Of a stretch of DNA of 64,000 nucleotides, positions 42,705-53,815 are shown piece by piece (position 1 is the stretch's first letter; every line of letters starts with the position of its first letter). The stretch is from NCBI GenBank assembly GCA_942492425.1, contig CALOEQ010000016.1, positions 43,156 to 107,155 on the forward strand, written 5' to 3'. The DNA is from an uncultured Flavobacteriaceae bacterium (GTDB lineage Bacteria; Bacteroidota; Bacteroidia; Flavobacteriales; Flavobacteriaceae). The translations under genes and the position numbers were made by a program. The notes under the pieces were generated by a model. The model was not told where the DNA came from. It made no database searches and saw nothing but the letters and a program-made list of their open reading frames with translations.

Positions 42705-42734
42705 AAAAAAAAGGCTGCCGATTGGCAGCCTTTT
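42705..42734. terminator. Bidirectional terminator between asd and trxA
   Basis: A8-GGCTGCC-GATT-GGCAGCC-TTTT. Confidence 0.85.
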
Positions 42735-42746
42735 ATCATTTATCTC

Positions 42747-43115
42747 TTATTTCTCGACTTTAAGCACATCTTTGATCACCTGCTCCAGGTTGTGCTTTGG
42801 AAGGGCACCCTGGGCCATCTGGGGCTGCTCGTCTGAAGGACAGAACAACATCGATGGAATGCTCCGGATGCCGAAGGCAGCAGAGAGCTCCTGTTCCACT
42901 TCAGTGTCTACCTTATAGATGTCAACTTTTCCGGCATATTCCTCGGATAGTTCCTCGAGGATTGGGGCGACCATCTTGCATGGGCCACACCAGTCGGCAT
43001 AAAAGTCTATGATACAGGGTTTGTCACCCTCGAATTTCCACTCTTTATTTTGTTCGTAGTTGAAGACCTTCTGAAGGAAAGTCTCTTTTGTCAATAACTC
43101 GGTCATCGTATTCAA
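42747..43115 (-). CDS. trxA: Thioredoxin
   Basis: DFYADWCGPCKM, GIRSIPS. Confidence 0.95.
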   Translation of the reverse strand: MNTMTELLTKETFLQKVFNYEQNKEWKFEGDKPCIIDFYADWCGPCKMVAPILEELSEEYAGKVDIYKVDTEVEQELSAAFGIRSIPSMLFCPSDEQPQMAQGALPKHNLEQVIKDVLKVEK

Positions 43116-43254
43116 TTTTAATTTAACTCTTGTTTTTCAGAAATATAGCAAATGCCATACCGCTTTGAAATCAGGTACAAAGTGACGCATTAATTGACAT
43201 TCTGTCGGTCACCAAAGTTACAGTGTATTCTAAACTGAGGGTTCCTGAGGCGCT

Positions 43255-45519
43255 TTAAACCGGAATATGTGCCCTTTTCATGCTGATGTGAAATTCCTGG
43301 TAAAGCTCGAGCAGGCTCATAATGGCCGATATGAGATCTTTGGTTTCCAGCAGGTTTCCAAAATACAGGGTCGTATTCTTTGCACTGCTCTCTTCCGTTC
43401 TTATGCGATGAATTTGCTTTTGAATGGAATCAGAAACGTGATCCAGCAGTTCCTGTTTTTCTGCTACAATCTTCACAATGTTGTCAAAATCCCGATTCTC
43501 AAATGTAACTGCAATGTCTTTGAGCATATTGGACAATTGATCATCGATGATTCTCAAGTCGCCCGTCTGAGATTTTTTGAGGTTCTTGTGATTGTTGTTC
43601 ACGTGTTTAAAACTCGCCGTTGAAATATAGCTTATGGACTGCGAAATGTCCTGCAAGTAACCCAGCACCAGCAAATAGAAGCGGCTGGCTTCCACAGAGG
43701 ACTCATCCATGGATTTGATAAAATAAAAGGCTTCATCTTTCAGGGCATCAACCTCTTTGTTGAGTTTCTTGACGTGTTTGTCTGTTTTCTTAAGCTTGTT
43801 CAAATCGTGCGAAGACAAATCCGTGACAACATTGCTGTACAATTTCTGTACTCGGGACACTACCTCAGCAATGTGGTCGGATGTTTCATCAATGACCTCT
43901 TTAGCCGTTATGAGCTCTGCCCGCTTGATGACGCGCTCCTGAGCCTTTTCTTTCTCTTCTTTCCTGTGACCGATATAGTTCCTCGCCAACAGAACCAGTA
44001 CAAGCAACAATATCAGCCCAACGGCAATAATTCCACCCAAATGAATGATGTAGGCAAACAGTCCCGATGTGAAAAAGGCAACAATGGCTGTGAAGAACCA
44101 ACCTCCAATCACATTGAGAACCCCGGCTACCCGGTAGACCGCACTTTCCCTGTCCCAGGCGCGGTCAGCGAGGGAGGTTCCCATCGCCACCATAAAAGTC
44201 ACATAGGTCGTCGACAAAGGCAGTTTGAACGAGGTGGCAATTGAGATCAGGACCCCGGCCACCATGAGATTCGTTGAGGCGCGCACCGCATCAAATGCAG
44301 GCATCTCATACATTGCCTTACGGGACATCTTGATCACGGGCTTTTGAAACTTCCTTTCAACCCTCTCTTTTACGCTGTCAGGTATGATTAGGCCGGTCGT
44401 TCTTATCACCCCCAGCGACGTTCTCACAATCATTCGGGACAGTCCATTCGGTTCAAAGCGCTCCTGGCCTTCCGACTGGCGTGCCAGATTGACTTCCGTT
44501 TGAGTCACTTTTCTCGCTTTCGTAGAAAACCACAGGGTCGCCACCATAATCAATCCGGCCAGAATGAGAAAAAGCTCAGGAGTCGGAACCTCGCCTGCCA
44601 GCACTCCCATATTGAAGGATTCAGCCGACATTCCGGATTCATTCCAGGCCTGGTATGAATTAAAGGCAGCCATTGGGACACCGATGAAATTGACCAGGTC
44701 ATTTCCTGCGAAAGCCAGGGCAAGCGCAAATGTTCCGACGGAGATAATCAGTTTGTATATATTGAATTTCAAAATCGAGGCGAGGAAATAGGACAATGCC
44801 GTCCATATGACAAAGGAACCCCCGATAATAGACAGCTGATTGGATTCAACCACATCCTGGATCTCTCCATAGATAGAAGTCCCCTGCAGACCTTTCATAA
44901 AAATGAAAAAGGTGATTGAGGTCAGGGCAAAACCGCTGAAAAGCGCAGAATAGATTACAGGCTTTTGGTCAAAGTCAAAGGACATGAAAAGGCGCGTCAG
45001 AAACTGCACCATGGAGCCTATTGAGAATGCGAAAATGACGGACAGAAAGATCCCGGAGATGATGAGGCTTGCCTGGGTCGTATTGATGTAATTTGATAAA
45101 TCCAACAGGGTTTGATCATCCGAGATCAGTATTTTGATCACACCCATGGCTACGGCAGCACCCAGCAACTCGAAAACGATGGAGACGGTGGTCGAAGTCG
45201 GCATGCCGAGCGTATTGAAAAAGTCGAGAAGGAGAATGTCGGTGACCATGACCGCCATGAAAATGATCATGATCTCGGAAAAAAAGAACTCTCCCGGGTT
45301 GAAGATTCCCTTCCTGGCCACTTCCATCATTCCACTGGAGAAGACAGCTCCTACAGCGATCCCAATACTCGCCACGATCAGGATGGTTCGCATGTTAATC
45401 ACCTTGGATCCTATGGCTGAATTCAGGAAGTTCACCGCGTCATTGCTGACCCCAACGACCAAATCTATTGCCGCCAGTCCAATCAGCGCCACGATCATTA
45501 AAATATATGCATCTCCCAT
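43255..45519 (-). CDS. Inorganic phosphate transporter (PiT family) with C-terminal PhoU-like helical domain
   Basis: GVSNDAVNFL, GMPTSTT, FAGNDLVNFIG, PLSTT signature repeats; soluble helical C-terminus. Confidence 0.93.
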   Translation of the reverse strand: MGDAYILMIVALIGLAAIDLVVGVSNDAVNFLNSAIGSKVINMRTILIVASIGIAVGAVFSSGMMEVARKGIFNPGEFFFSEIMIIFMAVMVTDILLLDFFNTLGMPTSTTVSIVFELLGAAVAMGVIKILISDDQTLLDLSNYINTTQASLIISGIFLSVIFAFSIGSMVQFLTRLFMSFDFDQKPVIYSALFSGFALTSITFFIFMKGLQGTSIYGEIQDVVESNQLSIIGGSFVIWTALSYFLASILKFNIYKLIISVGTFALALAFAGNDLVNFIGVPMAAFNSYQAWNESGMSAESFNMGVLAGEVPTPELFLILAGLIMVATLWFSTKARKVTQTEVNLARQSEGQERFEPNGLSRMIVRTSLGVIRTTGLIIPDSVKERVERKFQKPVIKMSRKAMYEMPAFDAVRASTNLMVAGVLISIATSFKLPLSTTYVTFMVAMGTSLADRAWDRESAVYRVAGVLNVIGGWFFTAIVAFFTSGLFAYIIHLGGIIAVGLILLLVLVLLARNYIGHRKEEKEKAQERVIKRAELITAKEVIDETSDHIAEVVSRVQKLYSNVVTDLSSHDLNKLKKTDKHVKKLNKEVDALKDEAFYFIKSMDESSVEASRFYLLVLGYLQDISQSISYISTASFKHVNNNHKNLKKSQTGDLRIIDDQLSNMLKDIAVTFENRDFDNIVKIVAEKQELLDHVSDSIQKQIHRIRTEESSAKNTTLYFGNLLETKDLISAIMSLLELYQEFHISMKRAHIPV

Positions 45520-45692
45520 ACACAGCCGTGATGATAATGGCAAAGCTATAATCAATATAATTCCTCAATGTTATCTTAATGTTATGTTTTAAAATATAAT
45601 TTTGATCCAGCATTAACACCTGTGAGGCGAAGCAGTACTTCTACCTTTACAACAATCGGTGAAATGGTGGTATATTTGCGAAAACTTCCTGC

Positions 45693-47816
45693 ATGCACAA
45701 AATACTCGTAGCGCTGATCACAGCTTTTGCCCTGTTTGTTTCCTGCGGAAATCCTAAAAAAGACGCCATGGACCAAGAACACAAGTACACCAACAACCTG
45801 ATCCACGAAACCAGCCCCTATCTGTTGCAACACGCGCACAACCCAGTAGATTGGCATCCCTGGAACGAAGAGACCCTCGAACTGGCGAAAAAAGAGGACA
45901 AGCTCCTGCTGATCTCAATTGGGTATGCCGCCTGTCACTGGTGCCATGTCATGGAACATGAGAGTTTTGAAGATTCCGCGGTCGCTGCAGTCATGAACGA
46001 GCATTTCATCAACGTGAAAGTGGATCGCGAAGAACGACCCGATGTGGATCAAATCTATATGAACGCTGTTCAGCTGCTCACAGGCCGCGGTGGATGGCCC
46101 CTGAATTGTGTGGCCCTCCCTGACGGACGTCCCATCTGGGGAGGCACCTACTTCCCCAAAGAGAATTGGATGAATGCCCTGAATCAGCTATCCGATCTGT
46201 ACGCGAACGACCGGGAAAAAGCACTGGACTATGCCGAAAAGCTAACCCAGGGTGTGCAACAATCGGGTCTGATTGCCCTCAATGAAAAACCAGCAGATTT
46301 CTCCATGGAAGAACTTGAATTGTCGATCGAGAACTGGAAATCAAACATGGATGTCAAAAATGGAGGACGCCCGGGAGCCCCTAAGTTCCCGATGCCGGTC
46401 AACATCGAGTTCCTGCTCCGCTACGGGGCTCAGAGCCAGGACCAGGATATTCTGGACTATGTGAATACGACCCTTACCCAGATGGCTTACGGAGGCATCT
46501 TCGACCAGGTTGGAGGCGGGTTTGCCCGTTATTCGGTAGACGATCACTGGCATATACCCCATTTTGAGAAAATGCTTTACGACAATGCCCAATTGGTCTC
46601 GTTGTATTCCCTGGCATTTCAGGCCACAGGAAATCCGCTTTACAAAGAAATTGTTGAGGAAACCACAGGCTTTGTCGAGCGCGAGCTCTATGATGATAAG
46701 GGCGGCTTCTACTCTTCGCTTGACGCTGATAGTGAGGATGAAGCAGGAGAACTCGAGGAAGGCGCATTTTATGTCTGGACCAAAGAGGAGCTCCAGTCGC
46801 ATCTTGGAGAGGATTATGAGCTCTTCGCCAAATATTACAATGTAAACGGCTATGGCAAATGGGAAAAAGACCTCTATCATCTCATTCGCTCGGTTTCAGA
46901 TGAGACGTTCTGCAGGGAGAATGGCCTTGAACTCCAGGAGCTGAAGCAAAAAGCAGGGTCCTGGAAAGAGAAATTGCTCACTGAAAGGGAGAAAAGAAGC
47001 AGACCGCGTCTCGACGACAAGATCCTGACCTCCTGGAACGCGCTCATGCTGAGAGGCTATGCACAGGCTTACGCCGTATTCGGCGAGGAGCATTACCTGA
47101 AAATGGCCCTTAAGAATGCCCATTTCATCCAACGCAATATGATGCAGGAGGACGGAGGGCTCTTCAGAAATCACAAAGGTGGTAAGAGCAACCTGGATGC
47201 CTACCTCGAAGACTATGCCGCTGTTATTGAGGCATACATCGCTCTCTACGAAGTAACGCTTGACATGGGGTGGTTGCAATCGGCCAAACAATTGGCTGAC
47301 TACTGCTACGATCACTACTATGACGACGAAAGCAAAATGTTCTTTTTCACCTCTGATCGTGAAAAGAACCTGATCTCCCGCAAAGTCGAGACAGATGACA
47401 ATGTCATACCTTCTTCGAATGCCACGCTCGCTCAGAGCCTTTTCAAACTCGGGCATTACTTTGGAAACAAACATTATCTGCAAAGTGCCTCGACCATGCT
47501 GAACAACATGAAAATGAATGTGGTCGAATACGGAGCCGGTGCAGCCAAATGGCTGGGGCTCTATGCGAATTACCTGGGTGACTACTATGAAATTGCGGTC
47601 GTTGGCCCGGAAGCAAAACAACGCATCTCAGAGATCAATCGTCAGTACATTCCAAACAAGCTGATTGTCGGTAGCGAGAAAGAAAGCTCCCTGCCCTTGC
47701 TGGAATACAAATACAGTGAAAACGAGACCACGATCTATGTTTGTATCGACGGGGCGTGCAAATTACCCGTGACGGCTTCAGAAAAGGCCCTCGAACAAAT
47801 TGAAACTGCCTTTTAA
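45693..47816 (+). CDS. Thioredoxin-domain YyaL/SPATA20-like lipoprotein
   Basis: Lipobox [66 protein letters not shown]. Confidence 0.93.
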   Translation: MHKILVALITAFALFVSCGNPKKDAMDQEHKYTNNLIHETSPYLLQHAHNPVDWHPWNEETLELAKKEDKLLLISIGYAACHWCHVMEHESFEDSAVAAVMNEHFINVKVDREERPDVDQIYMNAVQLLTGRGGWPLNCVALPDGRPIWGGTYFPKENWMNALNQLSDLYANDREKALDYAEKLTQGVQQSGLIALNEKPADFSMEELELSIENWKSNMDVKNGGRPGAPKFPMPVNIEFLLRYGAQSQDQDILDYVNTTLTQMAYGGIFDQVGGGFARYSVDDHWHIPHFEKMLYDNAQLVSLYSLAFQATGNPLYKEIVEETTGFVERELYDDKGGFYSSLDADSEDEAGELEEGAFYVWTKEELQSHLGEDYELFAKYYNVNGYGKWEKDLYHLIRSVSDETFCRENGLELQELKQKAGSWKEKLLTEREKRSRPRLDDKILTSWNALMLRGYAQAYAVFGEEHYLKMALKNAHFIQRNMMQEDGGLFRNHKGGKSNLDAYLEDYAAVIEAYIALYEVTLDMGWLQSAKQLADYCYDHYYDDESKMFFFTSDREKNLISRKVETDDNVIPSSNATLAQSLFKLGHYFGNKHYLQSASTMLNNMKMNVVEYGAGAAKWLGLYANYLGDYYEIAVVGPEAKQRISEINRQYIPNKLIVGSEKESSLPLLEYKYSENETTIYVCIDGACKLPVTASEKALEQIETAF

Positions 47817-47856
47817 GCAATTTTCGAGATCTGCAAAAGAGGTCTGAAAAGTTAAG

Positions 47857-48537
47857 TTAAAAATAGCGTTTCGGCTTGCCGGCCACAAAATCTTTCAGGT
47901 AAAAGGGCTCGAAGTAAGCAAGGTCTTCGTATTGCTCTGCAGCGGCCTTTTTTTCGGCAATCCGGGCCATCTCACGAGCGGAAGGGAACCTGCCTGTAAC
48001 AAAGACGGCATTCGGATGATTGATCACCTCATGGGTCTTGGATGCTCCATCACCCAAAAAGAAGACTTTGTTGTCATTGAGATAATCTGAGAAGGATCCG
48101 GCTTCAATAATTTCTGCCCGGGTCTCCCGAATTTCTTCAAAATGATCATTATACACGGCTGAGTAGACTTCCATTCTTCTTGCGTCCAAAAGGGGTACGA
48201 TAAGGCCTTTCTCAGTCATTTCGATCTGCATGGCCAGACTCTCCAGGGTCGGCACCGAGATCAGCGGCTTTCCTAGGGCATAACAGAGACCTTTGGCTGC
48301 TGAGACCCCAATTCGCAGACCCGTATAAGACCCCGGGCCCTTGCTAACGGCCACCGCATCCAATTCGGCTAGTTTTCTGTCTGAGGAAGCCATCACTTCC
48401 AGGATAAAAGAGTGTAGCTTCTCTGCATGCGAGAATTTCTCCTCGTGCAGCTCTTTCAAAGAAATCACTTCTCCATCCGCTGCAAGCGCGACCGAGCAAT
48501 TCTTTGTAGCCGATTCGATACTCAGGATAAGGGCCAT
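47857..48537 (-). CDS. tsaB: tRNA threonylcarbamoyladenosine biosynthesis protein TsaB
   Basis: IESATKNCSVA, AVSKGPGSYTGLRIG, LDARRMEVY. Confidence 0.97.
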   Translation of the reverse strand: MALILSIESATKNCSVALAADGEVISLKELHEEKFSHAEKLHSFILEVMASSDRKLAELDAVAVSKGPGSYTGLRIGVSAAKGLCYALGKPLISVPTLESLAMQIEMTEKGLIVPLLDARRMEVYSAVYNDHFEEIRETRAEIIEAGSFSDYLNDNKVFFLGDGASKTHEVINHPNAVFVTGRFPSAREMARIAEKKAAAEQYEDLAYFEPFYLKDFVAGKPKRYF

Positions 48538-48570
48538 GGAAAGGTCTTCAAATCATCTTAGGTTCTCGAC

Positions 48571-50022
48571 TCATTTGAGATTCTCAACCGGAACACCGTA
48601 GTAGAACTCCAATAGTTTAACTCTGAAAATGAAGTCGTATTTGGCCGTCAAAAAGTCGGAGTTGGCCCGGACCAGCTGGTTCTTGATCTGGCTGAAATCA
48701 AAGGAATTCAAGACCCCAACATCAAAACGCTCCTGGGCGTAGTCGAATGACACCTCCCGAGCTTCAAGTGACCTCTTGGTGGCATCGTATAATTTCAAGG
48801 CTCCAATCGCATCGGCATATACCTGGTGTATGGTACGTTCCAGGGTGAGCTCTTCCTGCTCCAACTGGAATTTCTGCTGATCGTAGTTGATCTTGGCTCT
48901 TCTCACATCGTTTGAGGCCGAGAATCCGTTGAGTATGGGAATATTCAAACTGAGACCGAAAGCACTACCCTTGTTCTGATCAATCTGATCGAAGAACGGG
49001 TTTGCCGGCCCGGTAACCGGTATGAAATTGTCTGAAATCACATTATCTCCTGTGGTTTCGACCCGACCGATAATCTGTGTCGGGTTATTGGGGTCGAGTT
49101 CCGCTCCTGTGATAATGTCTCTGTCTGAATACCTCGAGTTCCATTGGTAGAAACCAGACAAGGTAGGTTGCAAGGCTCCTTTGGCCAATTTTATGTCTGA
49201 TTCTGCGATCTCTATGTTTGCCCTGGCCACTTTAATCTCGTTTCGATTCTCCAGAGCCGTCTCATAGATCTTGTCCACGGAGTAATCCGCCAAATTCAAA
49301 AGGGGAAGCGTCTCTATTTCTTCATTGGCGACTTCAAAACTGTCATAATCCTCCAGTTGAAGCAGCTGGGCCAGGTTGATCAGCGCCAGGTTCACATTGT
49401 TCTCGGTAATGATCAGGTTCTGCTCATCATTGGCCAGGGTCGCCTCAACATCCAACAGGTCGCCCTGGGGCATTGTTCCGGCGTCAACCAGCCGCGTCGT
49501 GCGCTCAAGCTGCTCCTTGGTGATCTCCACCTGTGGGATCGCCACATTCACCGCTTCTTTGGCGAACAAAACCTGCAAATATGCGTTGATAACCTGCAAA
49601 GTCACGTCATCTTTGATCCTGTCCAGCTGGTACTGACTCGCCAGTATGCTGAGTTCGGCCCTTTTCAGCTGGTTCTGATTCCTGAAACCCCTGTAGATGG
49701 CTACGCCCGATTGAATACCTCCCGTTGTCGTCTGGGAGGTTTGGTTGATCAAGACTCCGGTAGCCGGATCCTGCGTCAGACCCGAGTTCCATGCACCCGT
49801 GCTGCTAAAGTTCAGGTTCGGAATAAAATTTCCAATAGCCTGTCTTTTGTCCACTTCGGCGAGGGCAATGTTGTTCTCGCTCTGTTTCACCTGGATATTG
49901 TTTTCCAAGGCATAGTTCACGCAATCTTCGAGCGTCCATTTTTTATTGGCAAGGTCTTCGGTCTGAGCCTGAACGGATAGAAAAAAACTTAAGATCAAGA
50001 TCAGGGTTAGCGGTGCTTTCAT
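48571..50022 (-). CDS. TolC family outer membrane protein
   Basis: Signal peptide, WTLEDCVNYALENN, two OEP repeats, LNIPILNGF, KLLEFYYG. Confidence 0.93.
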   Translation of the reverse strand: MKAPLTLILILSFFLSVQAQTEDLANKKWTLEDCVNYALENNIQVKQSENNIALAEVDKRQAIGNFIPNLNFSSTGAWNSGLTQDPATGVLINQTSQTTTGGIQSGVAIYRGFRNQNQLKRAELSILASQYQLDRIKDDVTLQVINAYLQVLFAKEAVNVAIPQVEITKEQLERTTRLVDAGTMPQGDLLDVEATLANDEQNLIITENNVNLALINLAQLLQLEDYDSFEVANEEIETLPLLNLADYSVDKIYETALENRNEIKVARANIEIAESDIKLAKGALQPTLSGFYQWNSRYSDRDIITGAELDPNNPTQIIGRVETTGDNVISDNFIPVTGPANPFFDQIDQNKGSAFGLSLNIPILNGFSASNDVRRAKINYDQQKFQLEQEELTLERTIHQVYADAIGALKLYDATKRSLEAREVSFDYAQERFDVGVLNSFDFSQIKNQLVRANSDFLTAKYDFIFRVKLLEFYYGVPVENLK

Positions 50023-50123
50023 AAAAAGTAATTTCAATATTGGAATTCGTTGTATATGACGAGGGGTTAAAAAAAATGTTACAGTAATTCTCAATTATCT
50101 GAGACGATTATTCAGGAAATGCA

Positions 50124-50378
50124 TCAGGCAGCGGATGAAGTTCGCCTCCAGTTTCGATAAAGTAGATAGGAAGCCACGGCCACAACGATATAAGGAAAGG
50201 CCATCAGGTAAACAATGCCCGAGTTGATGCCCTCAGCGATTTCTTCCCCGCCCTGCTCCACCACGGCCCGGCACATGGCACATTGAGCCCTCAAGGATTC
50301 GGACTGAAGAAACAACATCCCGGCAAGGAGCGTCCAGCCTCTTTTCTTTAGCCTGAGAATTTGGAATTTAGAGCGCAT
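50124..50378 (-). CDS. Small membrane protein with AQCAMC motif, last gene of the cox assembly operon
   Basis: Signal-like N-terminus, QCAMCRAVVE, GINSGIVYLMAFPY TM segment. Confidence 0.75.
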   Translation of the reverse strand: MRSKFQILRLKKRGWTLLAGMLFLQSESLRAQCAMCRAVVEQGGEEIAEGINSGIVYLMAFPYIVVAVASYLLYRNWRRTSSAA

Positions 50379-50454
50379 TCTGACCCGATTGAAAATACAT
50401 TTGCAAAAATAACCCATGTTTTGGGCATGACCAAAGATTCATTCGAATTGAAAT

Positions 50455-50967
50455 CTAGTAGTAGGGCGAGATCATTAAATAAACAATCACACCGGTAATG
50501 GTGACATACAACCAAATCGGAAAAGTGATCCTGGCTATTTTCTTGTGACGCTCGACATCACGCGTTATTCCGCGTACAAAGGTGATCAGAACGAAGGGAA
50601 TGACTACGATCGAGAGCAGGATATGAGAAATAAGCACAAAAAAGTAAACCCAGCGAATTATCCCTTCACCCCCGAATGAAGTGGAGTCCGACGTCATATG
50701 ATACAAGACATAAAGGATCAGGAAAACCGCGGAGAGCACCATACAGGCCTTGACCAGGTTCTCGTGAAGGTCAATCTTCTTTTTCTTGATCGCCCAAAAG
50801 GCAAGCAGAAGCAAAACCGAGGTCACGGCATTGATACCCGCATAGATCGGCGGTAGAAAAACAGGTAGATCCAGGTCAATTTTCACTCCAAAAAGCGCTG
50901 CCACCACCAGGGGTATGGCAATAGACAGAATCGTGATCAGCTTGTTGTATTTCTTGGCGTCTTCCAT
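50455..50967 (-). CDS. DUF420 family membrane protein
   Basis: Four TM helices, FLILYVLYH, LISHILLS, HKKIARITFPIWLYVTITGV. Confidence 0.9.
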   Translation of the reverse strand: MEDAKKYNKLITILSIAIPLVVAALFGVKIDLDLPVFLPPIYAGINAVTSVLLLLAFWAIKKKKIDLHENLVKACMVLSAVFLILYVLYHMTSDSTSFGGEGIIRWVYFFVLISHILLSIVVIPFVLITFVRGITRDVERHKKIARITFPIWLYVTITGVIVYLMISPYY

Positions 50968-50974
50968 AATTTCT

Positions 50975-51610
50975 TTATTCTTTCAGTAAGACAGCAATAT
51001 CCTCCTTGAGCCATTCCACCTCCTTGGGATCCAACCCATTGTAAAACTTGATGGGATTCACCATATCGCCATTCTTAACCGTTCTGGAGCGAATGTATCC
51101 TTGCTTGTCAATGAGTGCAAAAAGACCGGAGTGCTCGAAGCCCCCCTCGACGTCCTTGTTCTCTCCCGCATAGAGTTTGAAGCCGTTGTTCGAAAAGTTG
51201 TAAATGGAATCCTTCTCTCCCGTCAAAAAGTACCAGTTCTTTAGCGTTGCCCCTTTCTTGCTCGCGTATTGCTTCAAAACGGCAGGCGTGTCTCTTTTGG
51301 GATCGATGCTGATCGAAGCAATCCCGAACTCGGGGTTGCCGTAAAACTCCTTCTGCAGCTTCAACATGCTCTCGTGCATCTTCGGACAGATCGTCGGACA
51401 GGAAGTGAAGAAAAACTCAACCACGTAAACCTTGCCCTCAAAATTCTTCTGGCTGACTGTCACGGAATCCTGGCTGATAAACTCAAACGAGGGAACCTTT
51501 TCAAAGGTCATCAATTCTGTGCCTTGCAACCGGTCAATAATTTTCGGTATGGCCCAGATCCCAAAGATCAGGATGACAAAGGCTACCGCGATGTAGGAAT
51601 TCTTTTTCAA
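50975..51610 (-). CDS. SCO1/SenC family copper chaperone
   Basis: FFFTSCPTICP (CxxxC), SIDPKRDT, FEHSG; TTG start. Confidence 0.95.
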   Translation of the reverse strand: MKKNSYIAVAFVILIFGIWAIPKIIDRLQGTELMTFEKVPSFEFISQDSVTVSQKNFEGKVYVVEFFFTSCPTICPKMHESMLKLQKEFYGNPEFGIASISIDPKRDTPAVLKQYASKKGATLKNWYFLTGEKDSIYNFSNNGFKLYAGENKDVEGGFEHSGLFALIDKQGYIRSRTVKNGDMVNPIKFYNGLDPKEVEWLKEDIAVLLKE

Positions 51611-51615
51611 CTTTT

Positions 51616-52275
51616 TTAAATCTGTCTTTTGTTCTTCTTCAGGGCAAGCCGGTCTTCCGCGACGACAACTTTCACATCATCGACCATTTCCTGGTGGACG
51701 GTGGAAATCGACTCGGCATTGTACCCGTAGCGCATCCCGTCCGGCATCTCATCATCTTCTGACCTGCCTCGCAGATTCATGTCGCGATCAATGATGAATG
51801 CATTTTGGGTGTACAGCTTTTCATCCAGGGAAATATTGGTTTGAAGACTTTCGAACAGGTTTCTCACCTGGCTTTCCGAACCGAATAGAAAGTGCCATTC
51901 GCTCACGTCGTAGGTTGCTCCCAACTCCTTTTTCAGCTGCTCGGCATCGGCCTCAGAACCTTCCGGCAGGACCACAACAAACTGAAACCCTTTGAAGCCA
52001 TAGAAATGTTTGTAAATCTTTTCGTTCAGGTTGAGCGCATTGGTTTTGTGCTTCAAGGGTTCCCGCCCCAGGAAACACATAATATTGATGTTGCCATCAA
52101 GACTGACCGAATCTGAACCCGTATCTGAGCGAAACTCCTTGACGTCGTCAACTCCGGTAGTGAGTACCGGCAACTTCGCAAAGTTATTGGTTCCTGTCAG
52201 CAGGAAAATATAGAACAACAGGGGTCCGAAGAAAAGGATGGACAAGATTACCGTATTTCGTCCCGGTTTTGCCAT
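51616..52275 (-). CDS. SCO-like/thioredoxin-fold membrane-anchored protein lacking CxxxC
   Basis: N-terminal TM; WHFLFG, FIIDRD.NLRG and Y.. pattern parallel to SCO proteins; only one Cys. Confidence 0.65.
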   Translation of the reverse strand: MAKPGRNTVILSILFFGPLLFYIFLLTGTNNFAKLPVLTTGVDDVKEFRSDTGSDSVSLDGNINIMCFLGREPLKHKTNALNLNEKIYKHFYGFKGFQFVVVLPEGSEADAEQLKKELGATYDVSEWHFLFGSESQVRNLFESLQTNISLDEKLYTQNAFIIDRDMNLRGRSEDDEMPDGMRYGYNAESISTVHQEMVDDVKVVVAEDRLALKKNKRQI

Positions 52276-52336
52276 TATTGAAGATAAAAAAAGTGTTTTG
52301 AACACTCAAAACACTTGTTATACTTTATTCGATGCA

Positions 52337-52690
52337 TCAATTGTATGACCAACGCAACCACTGCTGATCGATCGCTCCCAGGGAGCCTCCTTCATAAAGC
52401 AAGAAGAAGGAGAGATATCCAATAAGGAATACTACCGTCCAAACGATTGCCCTTCTCAACCAGGTCACCTCATCTTTCAGGTGCATGAAATACCAGGCAA
52501 TGCCATAAGCCTTAACCAGGGTCAGGATCAGGAAGATCCAGTTCAGCAAGCTCGTACCAAGCACGTTTGACAGGTGCAGCGCAGCGGGCTTATAGATCCC
52601 CAGAACAACTTCAACGATAGTTACAACCGAAAGAAATCCGAAGACTTTCCAAATCAATACAGCGTGTGAATGTGAATGTTCGTTCGACAT
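52337..52690 (-). CDS. Cytochrome c oxidase subunit IV family (caa3-type)
   Basis: Three TM helices, LTLVKAYGIAWYFMHLKDE. Confidence 0.88.
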   Translation of the reverse strand: MSNEHSHSHAVLIWKVFGFLSVVTIVEVVLGIYKPAALHLSNVLGTSLLNWIFLILTLVKAYGIAWYFMHLKDEVTWLRRAIVWTVVFLIGYLSFFLLYEGGSLGAIDQQWLRWSYN

Positions 52691-52707
52691 ATGCTACTCT
52701 TAAAGGT

Positions 52708-53685
52708 TTAAATCAGATAGAAGAATGTGAATACAAATACCCAGACCAGGTCGACAAAGTGCCAGTACAGACCTACTTTCTCAACCATTTCATAATGTCC
52801 TCGTCGCTCGTAGGTTCCGATGATCACGTTGAAAAAGATGATCACATTGATCACGATTCCGGAGAATACGTGAAACCCGTGAAACCCTGTTATAAAGAAG
52901 AAGAAATCGGCAAAAAGCGTCTTTCCGTATTCATTTTCGGTGAGATTGGCTCCCTCCACAACGCGAACGGCCTTATCCAGGAATTTATTGGCTTCTTCCC
53001 TGGAAACGATTGTCTTTTCTTTGGTTTCGAGATTGATCAGCTCGGTTCGCAATGCGATGTCAGGATTGTTTGCGAACCCTTCCTTGACCTGCTGCAAAGT
53101 GACAGATGGCAGAGTCGCTTCTTCCACGAACCAAAGCCCGTTGTGCTTCTCGTGCTGCACCCGCTCGGAAGCAGCATTCGATGCAAAGCTTTGAAGCGTC
53201 ACCTGGTGACCCGAGGCATCCACAAACTGAACGATCTTGCCGTCTTCCAGCTGCAGGGCACCGTAACTTCCGTTGATGAAGGTTTTCCACTCCCAGGCCT
53301 GCGAGCCCACGAAGATCAAACCTCCTATGATGGTCAATCCCATGTAAACAATGACCTTGTTCTTCTGCATCAATTTACCGGCATCAACCGCCAATACCAT
53401 GGTCACAGAGGAAAAAATCAGGATGAATGTCATGAAGGCCACATAGTACATCGGGTAGTCACCATGAATAAAAGGAATGTGGGTAAATACCTCATCCGCA
53501 ATCGGCCAGGAGTCCAGGTACTTGAATCGAATCAATCCATAGGCACCCAAAAAACCCGAAAAAGTGAGGGCATCTGACATGATGAAGAACCACATCATCA
53601 TTTTTCCATAACTGGCGTCAAAAGGTCGGTTTCCGCCTCCGCTCCAAACTCCACCTTTCGGTGTATCAGCAACTACTGCCTCCAT
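52708..53685 (-). CDS. Heme-copper oxidase subunit III-like protein (larger part)
   Basis: GKMMMWFFIMSD, TFILIFSSVTM, FFITGFHGFHV, GLYWHFVDLVWVFVF. Confidence 0.93.
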   Translation of the reverse strand: MEAVVADTPKGGVWSGGGNRPFDASYGKMMMWFFIMSDALTFSGFLGAYGLIRFKYLDSWPIADEVFTHIPFIHGDYPMYYVAFMTFILIFSSVTMVLAVDAGKLMQKNKVIVYMGLTIIGGLIFVGSQAWEWKTFINGSYGALQLEDGKIVQFVDASGHQVTLQSFASNAASERVQHEKHNGLWFVEEATLPSVTLQQVKEGFANNPDIALRTELINLETKEKTIVSREEANKFLDKAVRVVEGANLTENEYGKTLFADFFFFITGFHGFHVFSGIVINVIIFFNVIIGTYERRGHYEMVEKVGLYWHFVDLVWVFVFTFFYLI

Positions 53686-53815
53686 TTACTGTAAAAAGTT
53701 TAGTTTAAATGATCTTCTTGACTACAAAAAAACTGATATAAGTCATGTTTTTTCTTAAGCAGCAAAAATATAAAAATTATTCATATGTCTTGTCAAACCT
53801 GAAAAAATGTTCCCC

